Part shown: positions 1 to 10,684 of the stretch, in pieces | Numbering within the stretch: position 1 is the first letter of the stretch | How the letters are laid out: each line of letters starts with the position of its first letter | NCBI GenBank assembly: GCA_024638505.1 | Contig: JAHEKE010000006.1 | Span: forward strand, 35,902-99,901 | From: Gammaproteobacteria bacterium | Lineage (GTDB): Bacteria > Pseudomonadota > Gammaproteobacteria > Arenicellales > JAANXG01 | Reading direction: 5' to 3' | DNA: 64,000 nucleotides | Made by a program: the position numbers and the translations under genes | Notes under the pieces: model-generated | Seen by the model: the letters and a program-made list of their open reading frames with translations, nothing else | What the model was told of the DNA's origin: nothing | Databases searched by the model: none

Positions 1-1
1 T

Positions 2-592
2 CAGGGCTATGGGCTCACTGAGTGCTCGCCGGCAATTAGCGTGCAAAGCGCCACTGACGAGGTCCTGGAGAGCGTCGGGGAGCCGCTGCCGGGTGTGGAG
101 GTCAAGATAAAGGATGCTGATGCGGATGGGGCCGGCATATTGATGATGCGCGGGCCAAACCTTATGCTCGGTTACGCAGACGAAAGGCAAACTGCGGAGG
201 TTATGGAAGATGGCTGGTTCAATACCGGGGATATTGCCAAACTGGTGGATCGCAAAAAAATCGTCCTCGCCGGGAGGGCCAAACGCCTGATCGTGACAGA
301 GGCGGGGCGGAACGTGTATCCGGAAGACTTAGAGATTGAACTTGAGCGTTATGAAGAAATAAAGGAAGTGGGGGTATTTGAGCTCGAAGCGCGACCGGCC
401 GCGGTGCTTGCCATAGACGTTACTGGCGCTGAGGCAGTAGCGAAATCCATCCTAAAACAGTTCAACGCGCGTGTCTCGAGCCACAATAGAATTACGCGCT
501 ATGCGGTAGTGGACGAGCTGCCCCGTACTCCGCTGGGGAAAGTGGCGCTGAAGGAGTTACCAAGAATTTTCCAAGACAACGAAGTGGAATAG
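2..592 (+). CDS. AMP-dependent acyl-CoA/acyl-ACP synthetase, C-terminal part (5' end lies outside the window)
   Basis: The frame of ORF 41..592 stays open back to position 2 (QGYGLTECSPAIS...). Adenylate-forming superfamily motifs GYGLTE, WFNTGD and PRTPLGKV are present. Stop TAG at 590-592. Confidence 0.8.
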   Translation, partial: QGYGLTECSPAISVQSATDEVLESVGEPLPGVEVKIKDADADGAGILMMRGPNLMLGYADERQTAEVMEDGWFNTGDIAKLVDRKKIVLAGRAKRLIVTEAGRNVYPEDLEIELERYEEIKEVGVFELEARPAAVLAIDVTGAEAVAKSILKQFNARVSSHNRITRYAVVDELPRTPLGKVALKELPRIFQDNEVE

Positions 593-601
593 CTTGGGGC
601 A

Positions 602-1306
602 GTGGTGATAAACGAAGTATGGATCGCGCTGGTTGCTGCATCGATCGCCCTGTTCCTATGGTTGTCATATAAAGGCAAACAGGCGCAGCGAGCGGATTGG
701 GGTAATCCTGTGCTAAATCGTTTGGACGGCCTGAATCGGTTGTTCTGCGAGAAATTTCATCATCTTAAACACGACTCGATTGAGGCGCCTACGAACGGAG
801 GAGCAATCGTGGCCGCTAATCATGTTTCCGGCTTAGACCCGCTGCTGATGAGTTGCGCCTGCACCAAGCCGCTGCGCTACATGATTGCGACGGAGCAGTA
901 CAACAGGCCCCTTTTACACTGGCTATACCAGATGATGGGGGCCATTCCCGTCGATCGTAAGGGAGCGCCGGACAGGGCTTTCTACGCCGCCCGCCAGGCG
1001 CTGAGTGACGGTCAGCTGGTCAGCATCTACCCGCAGGGCCGCATTGCCCACCCCGGCGAAAAGGTGGCACTGAAAAGAGGCGTGGTGCTCCTTGCCGATC
1101 TGGCCAACGCGCCGATTATCCCGGTGAGGATCACTGGCGTCTCCGGCGTAGGCCGGGTGATCACCGCGATTTTTATACGCAGCAGGGCACGGCTGGAGGT
1201 GGGCCCTCCGATCTATGTAAAGGGTCCGAAGGACTCAACCGCCCTGTCGACCCTGGCGGCCTTCATTACGGATACGACAGCGTGCGAACAGCCCGATCAG
1301 CGTTAG
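602..1306 (+). CDS. PlsC-type lysophospholipid/1-acylglycerol-3-phosphate acyltransferase
   Basis: GTG start 9 nt after the ligase stop. N-terminal TM helix, HX4D box NHVSGLDP and a YPQGR block typical of the PlsC/LPLAT family. Confidence 0.8.
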   Translation: MVINEVWIALVAASIALFLWLSYKGKQAQRADWGNPVLNRLDGLNRLFCEKFHHLKHDSIEAPTNGGAIVAANHVSGLDPLLMSCACTKPLRYMIATEQYNRPLLHWLYQMMGAIPVDRKGAPDRAFYAARQALSDGQLVSIYPQGRIAHPGEKVALKRGVVLLADLANAPIIPVRITGVSGVGRVITAIFIRSRARLEVGPPIYVKGPKDSTALSTLAAFITDTTACEQPDQR

Positions 1307-1317
1307 GGCTTTTTTTT

Positions 1318-1346
1318 CTTGAAAACTGGCGGGAAACCCCCACTTT
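1318..1346 (+). promoter_or_regulatory. Sigma-32 (heat-shock) type promoter for clpB
   Basis: CTTGAAA (1318-1324), a 13-nt spacer, then CCCCACTT(T) (1338-1346). This matches the E. coli RpoH consensus CTTGAAA-N13-15-CCCCATnT with one -10 mismatch. It lies about 36 nt upstream of the clpB ATG, with the SD AAGGGG at 1366-1371. Confidence 0.7.
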
Positions 1347-1381
1347 AGACTGAATAAAACGAATCAAGGGGTACCCTTTCT

Positions 1382-3982
1382 ATGCGGATGGATAAGCTCA
1401 CATCCAAATTTCAAATGGCGCTGGCTGATGCGCAAAGCCTGGCGGTTGGTCGTGACCATCAGTTCATTGAACCTGTTCATTTGATGGTTGCATTGTTGGA
1501 CCAGGAAGGTGGCAGCGTGCGGCACCTGCTGGCGCAGGCTGACGTGAACATCAATAAGTTGCGTTCACAGTTGGGAGATGCGCTTGACCATTTCCCGCAA
1601 GTGCAGGGGCAGGAGGGGGATGTCCATATTTCCAACGATCTGGGACGCCTGCTGAACGTGATGGACAAGCTCGCCCAGAAAAGAGGCGATGCATACATTT
1701 CCAGCGAACTGTTTGTTCTTGCCGCGCTTGATGATAAAGGTGTACTGGGACGATTGTTGAAAGAGGCGGGTGCAGTCAAAGGCGCGCTCGAACAATCCGT
1801 TGAGAACATGCGGGGCGGCCAGAGTGTGGACGATCCCAATTCGGAGGAACAGCGTCAAGCGCTGGAGAAGTACACCATCGACGTGACTGAACGAGCCGAG
1901 CAGGGCAAGCTAGATCCGGTAATTGGTCGGGACGATGAAATCCGGCGCACCATTCAGGTACTGCAGAGACGGACGAAGAACAACCCGGTTCTTATTGGAG
2001 AGCCAGGCGTGGGTAAAACCGCCATAGTGGAAGGGCTGGCCCAGCGCATTGTGAATAATGAGGTGCCGGAGGGTTTGTTCGGTAAGCGCCTGTTATCACT
2101 GGATATGGGTGCGCTGATTGCGGGTGCCAAATATCGCGGAGAGTTTGAGGAACGGCTGAAAGCGGTGTTGCATGACCTGGCGAAACAGGAAGGTCAAATT
2201 ATACTGTTCATCGACGAATTGCACACAATGGTGGGCGCTGGTAAAGCCGAGGGCGCTATGGATGCCGGGAATATGCTCAAACCGGCGTTGGCCAGGGGCG
2301 AACTGCACTGCGTTGGTGCGACCACGCTGGATGAATACCGCAAGTACGTGGAGAAAGACGCTGCATTAGAGCGCCGGTTCCAAAAGGTGCTGGTAGACGA
2401 ACCCAACGTGGAAGACACGATTGCGATCCTGCGCGGACTGAAAGAAAAGTATGAGGTGCATCACGGAGTTGATATCACCGACCCTGCCATCATCTCAGCG
2501 GCCACGCTATCCCATCGATATATTACCGATCGGCAATTACCGGATAAGGCGATCGACCTGATCGATGAGGCAGCGAGTCGCATACGCATGGAGATAGATT
2601 CAAAACCGGAGGAGATGGATCGTCTGGATCGGCGCTTGATTCAGCTTAAGATCGAACGCGAAGCATTGAAAAAAGAAACCGATGACGCTTCGAAAAAACG
2701 ACGAGAGGATCTTGAGCATCAAATTGAGGCGCTAGAGAAGGAATACTCGGAGTTAGAGGAAATCTGGAAGGCGGAGAAGGCCGCTGTGCACGGCACGCAA
2801 CACATTAAAGAAGAGCTGGATAAAGCCCGGTTGGAACTGGAGACTGCCCAGCGCGCTCAGGACCTGGTGCGCATGTCGGAACTGCAGTACGGACGTATAC
2901 CTGAGTTGGAAAAGCAGCTTGAGGCAGCGCAGAGCACTGAAAAATCAGAAACGCGGCTGCTGCGCAACAATGTGACAGAAGAAGAAATTGCCGAGGTGGT
3001 GTCTAAATGGACCGGCATACCCGTGTCAAAAATGCTGGAGGGGGAAAGAGAAAAATTACTGCGTATGGAAATCGAGTTGCATCATCGCGTAGTCGGTCAG
3101 GATGAAGCCATTACGGCAGTAGCTAACGCGATTCGCCGCTCCCGCGCCGGATTATCTGATCCGAGTCGGCCGTATGGATCGTTTTTGTTCCTCGGGCCAA
3201 CGGGCGTAGGAAAAACCGAGCTGTCCAAAGCGCTGGCGGAATTTCTGTTTGACAGCGTAGACGCAATGGTGCGCGTAGATATGTCGGAGTTCATGGAAAA
3301 GCATTCGGTTGCCCGTTTAATTGGCGCGCCGCCGGGATACGTCGGCTATGAGGAGGGCGGGCATCTGACGGAGTCGGTGCGTCGTAAACCGTATTCGGTA
3401 ATTCTGATGGACGAGGTTGAAAAAGCGCACCCCGACGTGTTCAACGTATTGCTGCAGGTGCTGGATGACGGACGGCTGACGGATGGACAGGGGCGGACCG
3501 TAGATTTCCGCAACACGGTTATCATCATGACCTCTAATCTGGGCTCGCAGGTAATACAGGACCTTGCCGGTGAAGAAAAGTACGAACAGATGAAATCCAC
3601 TTTGATGGAAATTGTGGGGCAACACTTCCGTCCCGAGTTTGTTAACCGAATCGATGATATCGTCGTATTTCACCCGCTGCAGCGAGGACAACTCCATGCC
3701 ATCGCCAAGATACAGATACAGTACCTGCGCCAAAGACTGCAGGCCAGGGACATGGATCTTGAATTAAGCGAGGCTGCCTTGGATAGAATCGCAGCGGTGG
3801 GGTTTGACCCGGTGTACGGTGCCCGACCGCTCAAACGGGCGATTCAGAGCCAAATTGAAAATCCGCTGGCACAGGAGATACTGGGCGGCAAGTTCTCATC
3901 AGGCGACGTGATAAAAGCGGTAGTGGAGGAAGACCGCTTTGTGTTCAAGAAAAAAGCCGAAGCGGAGGTAATGGTTGCTTAG
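1382..3982 (+). CDS. clpB: ClpB disaggregase (Hsp100 AAA+ chaperone)
   Basis: 866 aa, near-collinear with E. coli ClpB as recalled (MR.D.LT.KFQ N-terminus). Two Walker A boxes ([16 protein letters not shown]), a middle coiled-coil domain and GARPLKR near the C-terminus. Confidence 0.97.
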   Translation: MRMDKLTSKFQMALADAQSLAVGRDHQFIEPVHLMVALLDQEGGSVRHLLAQADVNINKLRSQLGDALDHFPQVQGQEGDVHISNDLGRLLNVMDKLAQKRGDAYISSELFVLAALDDKGVLGRLLKEAGAVKGALEQSVENMRGGQSVDDPNSEEQRQALEKYTIDVTERAEQGKLDPVIGRDDEIRRTIQVLQRRTKNNPVLIGEPGVGKTAIVEGLAQRIVNNEVPEGLFGKRLLSLDMGALIAGAKYRGEFEERLKAVLHDLAKQEGQIILFIDELHTMVGAGKAEGAMDAGNMLKPALARGELHCVGATTLDEYRKYVEKDAALERRFQKVLVDEPNVEDTIAILRGLKEKYEVHHGVDITDPAIISAATLSHRYITDRQLPDKAIDLIDEAASRIRMEIDSKPEEMDRLDRRLIQLKIEREALKKETDDASKKRREDLEHQIEALEKEYSELEEIWKAEKAAVHGTQHIKEELDKARLELETAQRAQDLVRMSELQYGRIPELEKQLEAAQSTEKSETRLLRNNVTEEEIAEVVSKWTGIPVSKMLEGEREKLLRMEIELHHRVVGQDEAITAVANAIRRSRAGLSDPSRPYGSFLFLGPTGVGKTELSKALAEFLFDSVDAMVRVDMSEFMEKHSVARLIGAPPGYVGYEEGGHLTESVRRKPYSVILMDEVEKAHPDVFNVLLQVLDDGRLTDGQGRTVDFRNTVIIMTSNLGSQVIQDLAGEEKYEQMKSTLMEIVGQHFRPEFVNRIDDIVVFHPLQRGQLHAIAKIQIQYLRQRLQARDMDLELSEAALDRIAAVGFDPVYGARPLKRAIQSQIENPLAQEILGGKFSSGDVIKAVVEEDRFVFKKKAEAEVMVA

Positions 3983-4000
3983 GGCTCGCGAACCGTTGCA

Positions 4001-5344
4001 CTAGGCCGTGGTGGCCCAGAGGTCGTGCGCATCTGTCCGCTGAACGATCCCTTGCACCAGATCGCCTGATCGCAGCTGCGTCGTGTCCAGAAAAACACTG
4101 CCGTCTATTTCTGGCGCGTCGGCAAAGCTGCGACCAGTGGCGCGGTGCTCGTCGACTTCATCAATCAGGATGTCAATGGATTGCCCTATTTTTCGCTTGA
4201 GACGCGCAGCGCTGATTTGCTCCTGCACCTGCATCAGCCGCACATAGCGCTCGTCTTTGATTTCTTCCGGCACTGCGTTAGGTAGCGCATTTGCCGTTGC
4301 GCCCGCTACCGGTGAGTATTTGAAGCAACCAACCCGATCGAGCTGCGCCGCCTGCAGAAAATCAAGCAGTTTACTGAAATCCGCATCCGTTTCACCCGGA
4401 AAACCAACAATAAATGTGCTCCTGATGCACAGATCAGGACAAATCTCTCGCCAGCTGTCGATTCTGCTTAACGTGTCTTCGGTTGCTGCCGGTCTTTTCA
4501 TCAGCTTTAGAATACGATGACTGCCATGCTGGAAGGGTATGTCCAGGTACGGCAGTATTCTGCCTTCAGCCATCAAAGGAAGTAGTTCATCGACGTGTGG
4601 ATAAGGATAGACATAGTGCAAACGGATCCATACCCCGAGCGAACCCAGAGCCTGGCACAAGTTGAACATGCGGGTTTTTACGGGCTGCCCTCGCCAGAAA
4701 CTCGTACGGTATTTAACGTCAACTCCATAAGCGCTGGTGTCCTGCGATACGATGAGTAACTCCTTAACCCCGGCTCTGACCAGGCCCTCCGCCTCCTGCA
4801 TAATCTCCCCGGCTGGCCGGCTGATTAGTTTGCCGCGCAGGGATGGGATAATGCAGAACGTACAGCGATGGTTACAACCCTCCGCGATCTTAATGTATGC
4901 GTAGTGCGGCGGAGTCAGCTTGATGCCGTGAGCAGGAATCAGGTGGGTAAATGGATCATACTCCTCCATCGGTGGAAGGTATTGGCGCACCATTTGCATC
5001 ACTTCAACGTAGGCATTGGGGCCGGTGATTCCAAGGACCTGAGGGAAATGGCGCTGAATTTCGTCGCGTTTAGCACCCAAGCATCCGGTGACAATGACTT
5101 TGCCATTTTCACTGAGCGCTGTGCCAATGGCCTGCAGCGACTCCGTCTTGGCGGCGTCGATAAATCCACAGGTATTGACGATGACCAGATCCGCCTGGTC
5201 GTACGTCGGAACCAGGTCGTAACCTTCGGTTCGCAGCTGGGTAACAATTCTCTCTGAATCGACCAGAGCTTTGGGGCACCCCAGACTGACGAAACCAACT
5301 CTATTGCTCATAGCTGGAGCTGTTCCAGTGATCGGTTGAAGCAT
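4001..5344 (-). CDS. rimO: Ribosomal protein S12 methylthiotransferase RimO
   Basis: [11 protein letters not shown]-terminal MTTase cluster, radical SAM box [15 protein letters not shown] and a C-terminal TRAM domain. Collinear with E. coli RimO. An alternative ATG at 5311 ([12 protein letters not shown]) may be the true start. Confidence 0.95.
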   Translation of the reverse strand: MLQPITGTAPAMSNRVGFVSLGCPKALVDSERIVTQLRTEGYDLVPTYDQADLVIVNTCGFIDAAKTESLQAIGTALSENGKVIVTGCLGAKRDEIQRHFPQVLGITGPNAYVEVMQMVRQYLPPMEEYDPFTHLIPAHGIKLTPPHYAYIKIAEGCNHRCTFCIIPSLRGKLISRPAGEIMQEAEGLVRAGVKELLIVSQDTSAYGVDVKYRTSFWRGQPVKTRMFNLCQALGSLGVWIRLHYVYPYPHVDELLPLMAEGRILPYLDIPFQHGSHRILKLMKRPAATEDTLSRIDSWREICPDLCIRSTFIVGFPGETDADFSKLLDFLQAAQLDRVGCFKYSPVAGATANALPNAVPEEIKDERYVRLMQVQEQISAARLKRKIGQSIDILIDEVDEHRATGRSFADAPEIDGSVFLDTTQLRSGDLVQGIVQRTDAHDLWATTA

Positions 5345-5478
5345 GATTGCGATAATGCGCTGTGCTTCGGATTGTACCTGCTTTTAGCATGTCGTACGCT
5401 GCTCTGGTGCGATCATGTGCGCATGTGATCAAGTTGGGTTAATATGACAAGATCTTTTTAACGCCATGATTCCACCTT

Positions 5479-6450
5479 ATGCTGGCTGAATTTGCTGCAC
5501 CGGTTTCTGATTCTCGATTCATAATCGAAAATTTCGAACCAGCTTACCTGCAGCTGCAGCGCAAGGATCTGTTACAGCAGCGCGTAAAAACGGCTCTACA
5601 CGAGCTCGAGGATTGCTGCGCTTGTCCGCGAAACTGTCACGTCAATCGGCTGAGAAATGAGCGCAAAGTTTGCCACACCGGTCGTCATGCTGTTGTCTCC
5701 AGCGCCTTCGCCCACTTCGGAGAGGAAGATTGTCTGCGCGGATGGCGCGGCTCGGGCACGATATTTTTTGGGCTATGTAATCTACGCTGCGTGTTTTGTC
5801 AGAATTGGGATATATCGCAGCAGCGCGACGGACAGGAATGTAATGCAGGAGAGATAGCTGATCTGATGCTTGCACTGCAGACACAGGGTTGTCACAACAT
5901 AAACTTTGTGACCCCCGAACACGTGGCCCCACAAGTCGTAGAAGCCGTCGCCGCCGCGGTCCCGCGCGGGCTGCGGTTGCCTATTGTCTATAACACCAGT
6001 GCGTATGATGCGCTGCCATCATTGCGATTGATGGACGGCATCGTCGATATATATATGCCTGACTTTAAGTTCTGGCGCAAGGAAACTGCACGGCAGCTGG
6101 GCAAAGCGAAGGATTACCCGGAGCGGGCGCGCAGCGCTATCGAGGAAATGTATAGACAGGTGGGCGTATTGCGTATGGGTAAAGACGGTTTGGCCAGGCG
6201 GGGCGTTCTCGTCAGGCATCTGGTTATGCCGGGCATGATTGATGAAACACGGGCGATATGTGAATGGTTGGCAAAGAATCTATCGGCAGACACTTATCTC
6301 AATCTTATGAATCAGTACAGGCCTCAGTTTCAAGTGGCGGAATTCGCAAAGTACGCAGCAATCAACCGACGCCCCAAGCGCCAGGAAATCGCGCAGTCTG
6401 TACAGGCTGCAAGAGAATCAGGCCTGTGGCGTCTTGACGCCAGACGTTGA
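5479..6450 (+). CDS. PflX-like radical SAM protein (COG1313-type putative activase)
   Basis: CNLRCVFCQNWDIS radical SAM cluster motif plus an upstream Cys-rich stretch (CCACPRNCHVNR). The size and layout fit PflX-like proteins. Confidence 0.8.
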   Translation: MLAEFAAPVSDSRFIIENFEPAYLQLQRKDLLQQRVKTALHELEDCCACPRNCHVNRLRNERKVCHTGRHAVVSSAFAHFGEEDCLRGWRGSGTIFFGLCNLRCVFCQNWDISQQRDGQECNAGEIADLMLALQTQGCHNINFVTPEHVAPQVVEAVAAAVPRGLRLPIVYNTSAYDALPSLRLMDGIVDIYMPDFKFWRKETARQLGKAKDYPERARSAIEEMYRQVGVLRMGKDGLARRGVLVRHLVMPGMIDETRAICEWLAKNLSADTYLNLMNQYRPQFQVAEFAKYAAINRRPKRQEIAQSVQAARESGLWRLDARR

Positions 6451-6644
6451 TTGAAAAATTATGTTGTGTTCTTCTTTAACTGGAGCACGGCGTCTCGCTT
6501 AATAAACAATAAAACAAATGCGTAGGTTTGATCACTGTTGAAAGCAATTAATAAATGCGAGTTCGGGCATGTATCGCTCGCTTGGAGCTCATGCTCCTGG
6601 TTATTGTTGTTGGCACTTAGGTATGCCGTGTCGGTGAAGAAAGC

Positions 6645-7544
6645 ATGACTTCCTTCGTCGAGTATTTCAGATCCGTGGCGGAAATCTCTGACCCAAAACA
6701 GTACCGTAATACACTGATGCAGCTTCCCGATGATCCAGCAGATATCTGCGATGCCATTCAAGGTTTGATTATTCATCCGTACTGGCTGGAAAAGTACGGG
6801 GCAGAGATTGAAGATGACCGGATTAAGCATGAACTCCAGGCAAGAAGCGTTTGCGATATACTCGATAATATCCACCAGCTGCAGAACATTCCGCTCGACA
6901 AGGCGCGTCCCCCGTCAATGCGAACGGTGGGCACCTGCAGGAATTTCGCCCTACTGCTGTGCAGTATCTTGCGAAGCAAAAACATAGCTGCGCGCTTGAG
7001 GTGCGGTTTTGCTACTTATTTCGAAAAGCAGCAATATGTGGACCACTGGATTTGCGAATATTGGTCCGATGCAGAAAAATATTGGGCGAGGGTTGATCCC
7101 CAGTTGGACGAGCTGCAGATCAATACACTGAACATAAAATTTGATCCATGCAACATCCCCATCGATGCTTATTTGTATGCCGGTGAAGCGTGGACGATGT
7201 GTCGGCGGGAAAGGGCGGACCCGCAGGCTTTCGGAATACGGGAAATCAGGGGGCTGGGTTTTATCAAAGGCAACATCGTGCGCGATATCCTCGCTTTGAA
7301 CAAGATTGAGACGCTGCCCTGGGACCTTGGTTGGGGGATACTGTATGAAAACTACCTCGACCAGATCGATCGGTCGGAGTTTGGCTATGTCGATCGACTA
7401 GCTAGGTGCAGTGCAAACTCGCTGGTCCACCTCGCACATAGTTTTTTTCTGGATGATGAAAAAATTCGATTCCCAGAAGACTGGAGTTGGGCCAGGGCGC
7501 CGACATTCGCTGAACTTGCAGAAGTGAGAGGCAGCAGTTCCTGA
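6645..7544 (+). CDS. Transglutaminase-like cysteine protease fold protein
   Basis: Candidate Cys-His-Asp triad in GTCRNFALLL, DHWICEYW and RVDP. No signal peptide. Confidence 0.6.
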   Translation: MTSFVEYFRSVAEISDPKQYRNTLMQLPDDPADICDAIQGLIIHPYWLEKYGAEIEDDRIKHELQARSVCDILDNIHQLQNIPLDKARPPSMRTVGTCRNFALLLCSILRSKNIAARLRCGFATYFEKQQYVDHWICEYWSDAEKYWARVDPQLDELQINTLNIKFDPCNIPIDAYLYAGEAWTMCRRERADPQAFGIREIRGLGFIKGNIVRDILALNKIETLPWDLGWGILYENYLDQIDRSEFGYVDRLARCSANSLVHLAHSFFLDDEKIRFPEDWSWARAPTFAELAEVRGSSS

Positions 7545-7583
7545 CAGCCCGCCAACACCGTTGCGCTGCCAGCCCCAATGATG

Positions 7584-8267
7584 TTATGCCAGGAGCTCTG
7601 CGATGTGCTGGATTTCAAAGTCCGCCTGCGCTCGCCTTTGAGATAGAACACCAACGCCATCAAGGAACTGCAGGGTGATCGCAGTATCGATACCAACCAT
7701 TTTGGCGCCGCTTAATTCGTCGTTACCACCGTCACCAATAAAAAGGCATTGATCAGGGCCCACTCTAAGCTGCTCCAGGCTATGCAGATATATCTCCTTT
7801 TCGGGTTTGACATATCCGGTATGGCAGGAGAAAACCGCGCTGTCGAAGTAGGTAGAGATTTCTGTCCGGAACCAACTGTCGATCTCGATGCTGTCCGCGT
7901 TACTGATAAGCCCGAGAGCTTTACCCTGTTGCTTTAATTTACGTATGGTGTCCATAACATCAGGGTCGACAGTGGACAGCACGGTTTCAAACTGCCGCAG
8001 TCTTAACTGCGCTGCGCGTTCGGTTTTTGCCTGAGCTACACTCGGCTCAATCTTGCAAACAATGTCCCTGATGACTTCATTTGGATGCTTCACATCACCC
8101 CTTAATCTGCCTTCGGCATCGCTGAACAATGCATGGCGCCATCGTTCCTCGGAGATACCCAGGTAGTCCCAGGCATTGCAGTCCTGGCCGGCTGTGTTTC
8201 CCAGGCTGACTAGTGTGTGAAACAGATCAAAAACAACCGCATCGTACTTTTTAATATCCGGTTTCAC
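7584..8267 (-). CDS. HAD-superfamily hydrolase (subfamily IA-like)
   Basis: Motif I is VVFDLFHTLV (D-x-F-x-T, closer to the 2-haloacid dehalogenase D-x-Y-x-T type than the phosphatase DxDxT type). ISNAD and a C-terminal GDGGNDE motif are present. Confidence 0.75.
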   Translation of the reverse strand: MKPDIKKYDAVVFDLFHTLVSLGNTAGQDCNAWDYLGISEERWRHALFSDAEGRLRGDVKHPNEVIRDIVCKIEPSVAQAKTERAAQLRLRQFETVLSTVDPDVMDTIRKLKQQGKALGLISNADSIEIDSWFRTEISTYFDSAVFSCHTGYVKPEKEIYLHSLEQLRVGPDQCLFIGDGGNDELSGAKMVGIDTAITLQFLDGVGVLSQRRAQADFEIQHIAELLA

Positions 8268-8347
8268 TTTTACTGACGGCGAAAGATTTCAGTTGCAAAG
8301 GCGGGGCGCCTGCCGGGCTTGCAGCTAAGACGCTATTGGTTGTCGAT

Positions 8348-8689
8348 TCAATCCGATCGAGGTGGGGTCATGGGAATGGGAAAAGGCGTGATTTTCCCGG
8401 TTTTCTCGTCACTGCTGGCGATGATTTTATTCTTGCCCTCTTTCTCCACTTCGTCAATTCTGACCACCGCGTGTAGCGGTAAATAGGTGCGCTTCACGCC
8501 GGAAAATTGAGACTTAAGCTGTTCCTCGGAAGGATCAACCACTAATTTAGAGCGCTCACCGAAAATAATGTCACCCACCTCAATGAATGCGTAAAAACTA
8601 TTTTGACTGACCTCGTGGGCATACAATTCAATGATACTACCCTGGTTATGAAAAATGACCCGATAGATACTCTTTTTCTGCTCGCTCAT
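8348..8689 (-). CDS. Small conserved protein, DUF1820-like
   Basis: 113 aa. The pattern IYRVIF.NQG...ELYA..V....YGFIEV...FGE...VVDPSEE.LK..F.GVKR...P.H...RIDEVEKEG matches my recollection of the gammaproteobacterial DUF1820 family. Confidence 0.5.
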   Translation of the reverse strand: MSEQKKSIYRVIFHNQGSIIELYAHEVSQNSFYAFIEVGDIIFGERSKLVVDPSEEQLKSQFSGVKRTYLPLHAVVRIDEVEKEGKNKIIASSDEKTGKITPFPIPMTPPRSD

Positions 8690-8977
8690 GCTGCCTATTA
8701 CATTAGTGAATCATAATCGATATGGTTACCCAGCCACGGTGAGGTATGTGACCTGCGTCGGGGCGAAAGATGCCTGAAACATCGCGCATATGCAACGTGA
8801 ATCTCCATTTTTACTGCGCTGCCACAAACACACGCTTTATCCTTTAAATCAATCATGTTAAACAGTAGTTCAAAAGACGCGGATGGCATTTTACGCACCG
8901 CACCGCTGCTCAATAATTTATAGGGTTAGAATGCAGCGCTTTCAAGGCATATCGTCAATAATCGTCCAGGCTTACCG

Positions 8978-10684
8978 TTGACTAACGCAAACAGGAATAC
9001 CGCTGCGGGTCATTTGCGCGTTTTTCTAGATCAGCTCAGACGAGTGTATCGAGCTGGAGCCGCATCAACGGTGGCGGATCAAAAAACGCTTTTATCCCTC
9101 GCTCTCAGTATCACGGGGCTAGATGATTGGATAATCGGGCAAGGGCGTTTGAGACCACTGCAAGTTGCCGTGATCGGACCTACCCAGGTCGGCAAGAGTA
9201 CGCTCGTGAATTTACTGCTGGGCGTGGAGCAGGCAGAGGCCAGCGCTCTCGCCGCCTACACGGAGCGGCTTTACGGATTCAGCCAGCCCAGCGTGCAAGG
9301 TGATGCTGACTGGATAACGGATATCTTGCACGACGCTGCCCTGACTCTACAACCGGTTAAGCGGCCGTTTCCCATTGATGCCATTGTATGGGATACGCCT
9401 GATTTTGACTCTCATCGTTCGCATCAATACAGGGAACTCATAGCACGTGTAGCGGCGTTGGCCGATGTGTTGGTTTTGGTAGTGAGTAAGGAGAAATACG
9501 CAGACCTGTCAGTATGGCAGACACTTCAGCTGCTGCAGCCATTACAGCGGACATTGATCATATGCCTGAACAAGGTCTCTGCGGATGAGCAGGTTATAAA
9601 AAATGCTTTAGTTGACCGTCTAAGTGAATCCGACTGGGGCAAGATGAATGTGCCAATATTGACTCTTCCATACATTGACAAAGACAGCGTATTTGGGGCA
9701 CTGGCGCGATCGGAGCAGATAGCCAGGCTGAAAACCCAGGTGCTTGACCCGCACAATTTCTGCAGCGAGGAGAACCGCCTGCGCGGTATACAGCGGGTGA
9801 TCGTGCAAAACTGGGACGGCTGGCTGTTGCCAGTAAGGCATGAAATCGGTGCCGCTGATAGTTGGCAAGCAAAAGTAGATCAATGCCTCAAAGGTGCGCT
9901 GATCGACTATCGGGCGCAGTATCTTGCTCATGATCATCACGATGATGCCTTCAACCAGACCATTTTACAGCTGCTTGAACTGCTGGAGATTCCCGCTCTC
10001 AGCGAGCCGTTGTCAAAAGTAAGGCGGGTGTTGACCTGGCCGGCGCGGAAAATGTTTGGGGTTTGGCAGCAGCAGACTGGTAGGCGGGCAAAGGAGCAAT
10101 CAGAGAACATTATATTGGCAGATATTATTGACCATGCCTTGCTGGTGCTGCGCATGTCAGTCACGCAAAATGTTACAGAGCAGGGCCAGGTTGGCCTGTG
10201 GTGGGGTGCCCTAAGTCGTGTGTATCACGACAAAGCGGAAAAAATTAGACACCAGTTTCCCGTTTCGGTTAATGATTATCAAAAAGAATTTGCTCCAGAA
10301 ATTGAAAAAGCGGCGCGCTTAATTTACGTTCGCTTGCAGCAGAATCCCGTAGTCCTGAATGCGCTGCGCGCCACTCGACTCAGCGCGGACTTAGCCGGTG
10401 TAGTAATCGCGGTAAAAACGGGCTCTATAGGGATAAGTGAGGCATTGTTGACTCCTGCCATGCTATCGGTGACGTCAGTGCTAACCGAGGGTGCGGTTGG
10501 TAAATACGTAGGCTCGGTGCGTGAACAGTTAAAGCAACAGCAGTACGAGCTGGTGCAGAGGCTGCTGCAAGAACAGTTTGCCGCACCCTTGCTGAATCTT
10601 GAGTTGGAACTGCCTGGTCTGTTCAACGTCAGTGAACGAAAACTCGGGCAGGCGGAAACCGCGTTACAGGAACTGCTTGCTTGA
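8978..10684 (+). CDS. P-loop GTPase-domain protein 1 (dynamin/Era-like, atypical G motifs)
   Basis: TTG start. G1 is VIGPTQVGKST, the G3-position motif is WDTPDFDS and the G4-position motif is CLNKVS. A helical extension of about 300 aa ends in a Gly/Ala/Val-rich hydrophobic segment (LAGVVIAVKTGSIGISEALLTPAMLSVTSVL). Confidence 0.7.
   Translation: MTNANRNTAAGHLRVFLDQLRRVYRAGAASTVADQKTLLSLALSITGLDDWIIGQGRLRPLQVAVIGPTQVGKSTLVNLLLGVEQAEASALAAYTERLYGFSQPSVQGDADWITDILHDAALTLQPVKRPFPIDAIVWDTPDFDSHRSHQYRELIARVAALADVLVLVVSKEKYADLSVWQTLQLLQPLQRTLIICLNKVSADEQVIKNALVDRLSESDWGKMNVPILTLPYIDKDSVFGALARSEQIARLKTQVLDPHNFCSEENRLRGIQRVIVQNWDGWLLPVRHEIGAADSWQAKVDQCLKGALIDYRAQYLAHDHHDDAFNQTILQLLELLEIPALSEPLSKVRRVLTWPARKMFGVWQQQTGRRAKEQSENIILADIIDHALLVLRMSVTQNVTEQGQVGLWWGALSRVYHDKAEKIRHQFPVSVNDYQKEFAPEIEKAARLIYVRLQQNPVVLNALRATRLSADLAGVVIAVKTGSIGISEALLTPAMLSVTSVLTEGAVGKYVGSVREQLKQQQYELVQRLLQEQFAAPLLNLELELPGLFNVSERKLGQAETALQELLA

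Noticed and set aside
6459-6875. 138-aa minus-strand ORF spanning the 6451-6644 intergenic region; also the 71-aa ORF at 8698-8913
   Set aside because: No SD, odd composition (Asn/Ile/Phe-rich or Cys/His-rich), and overlap with the start of a better-supported gene or with a promoter region. These are treated as chance ORFs in AT-richer intergenic DNA.
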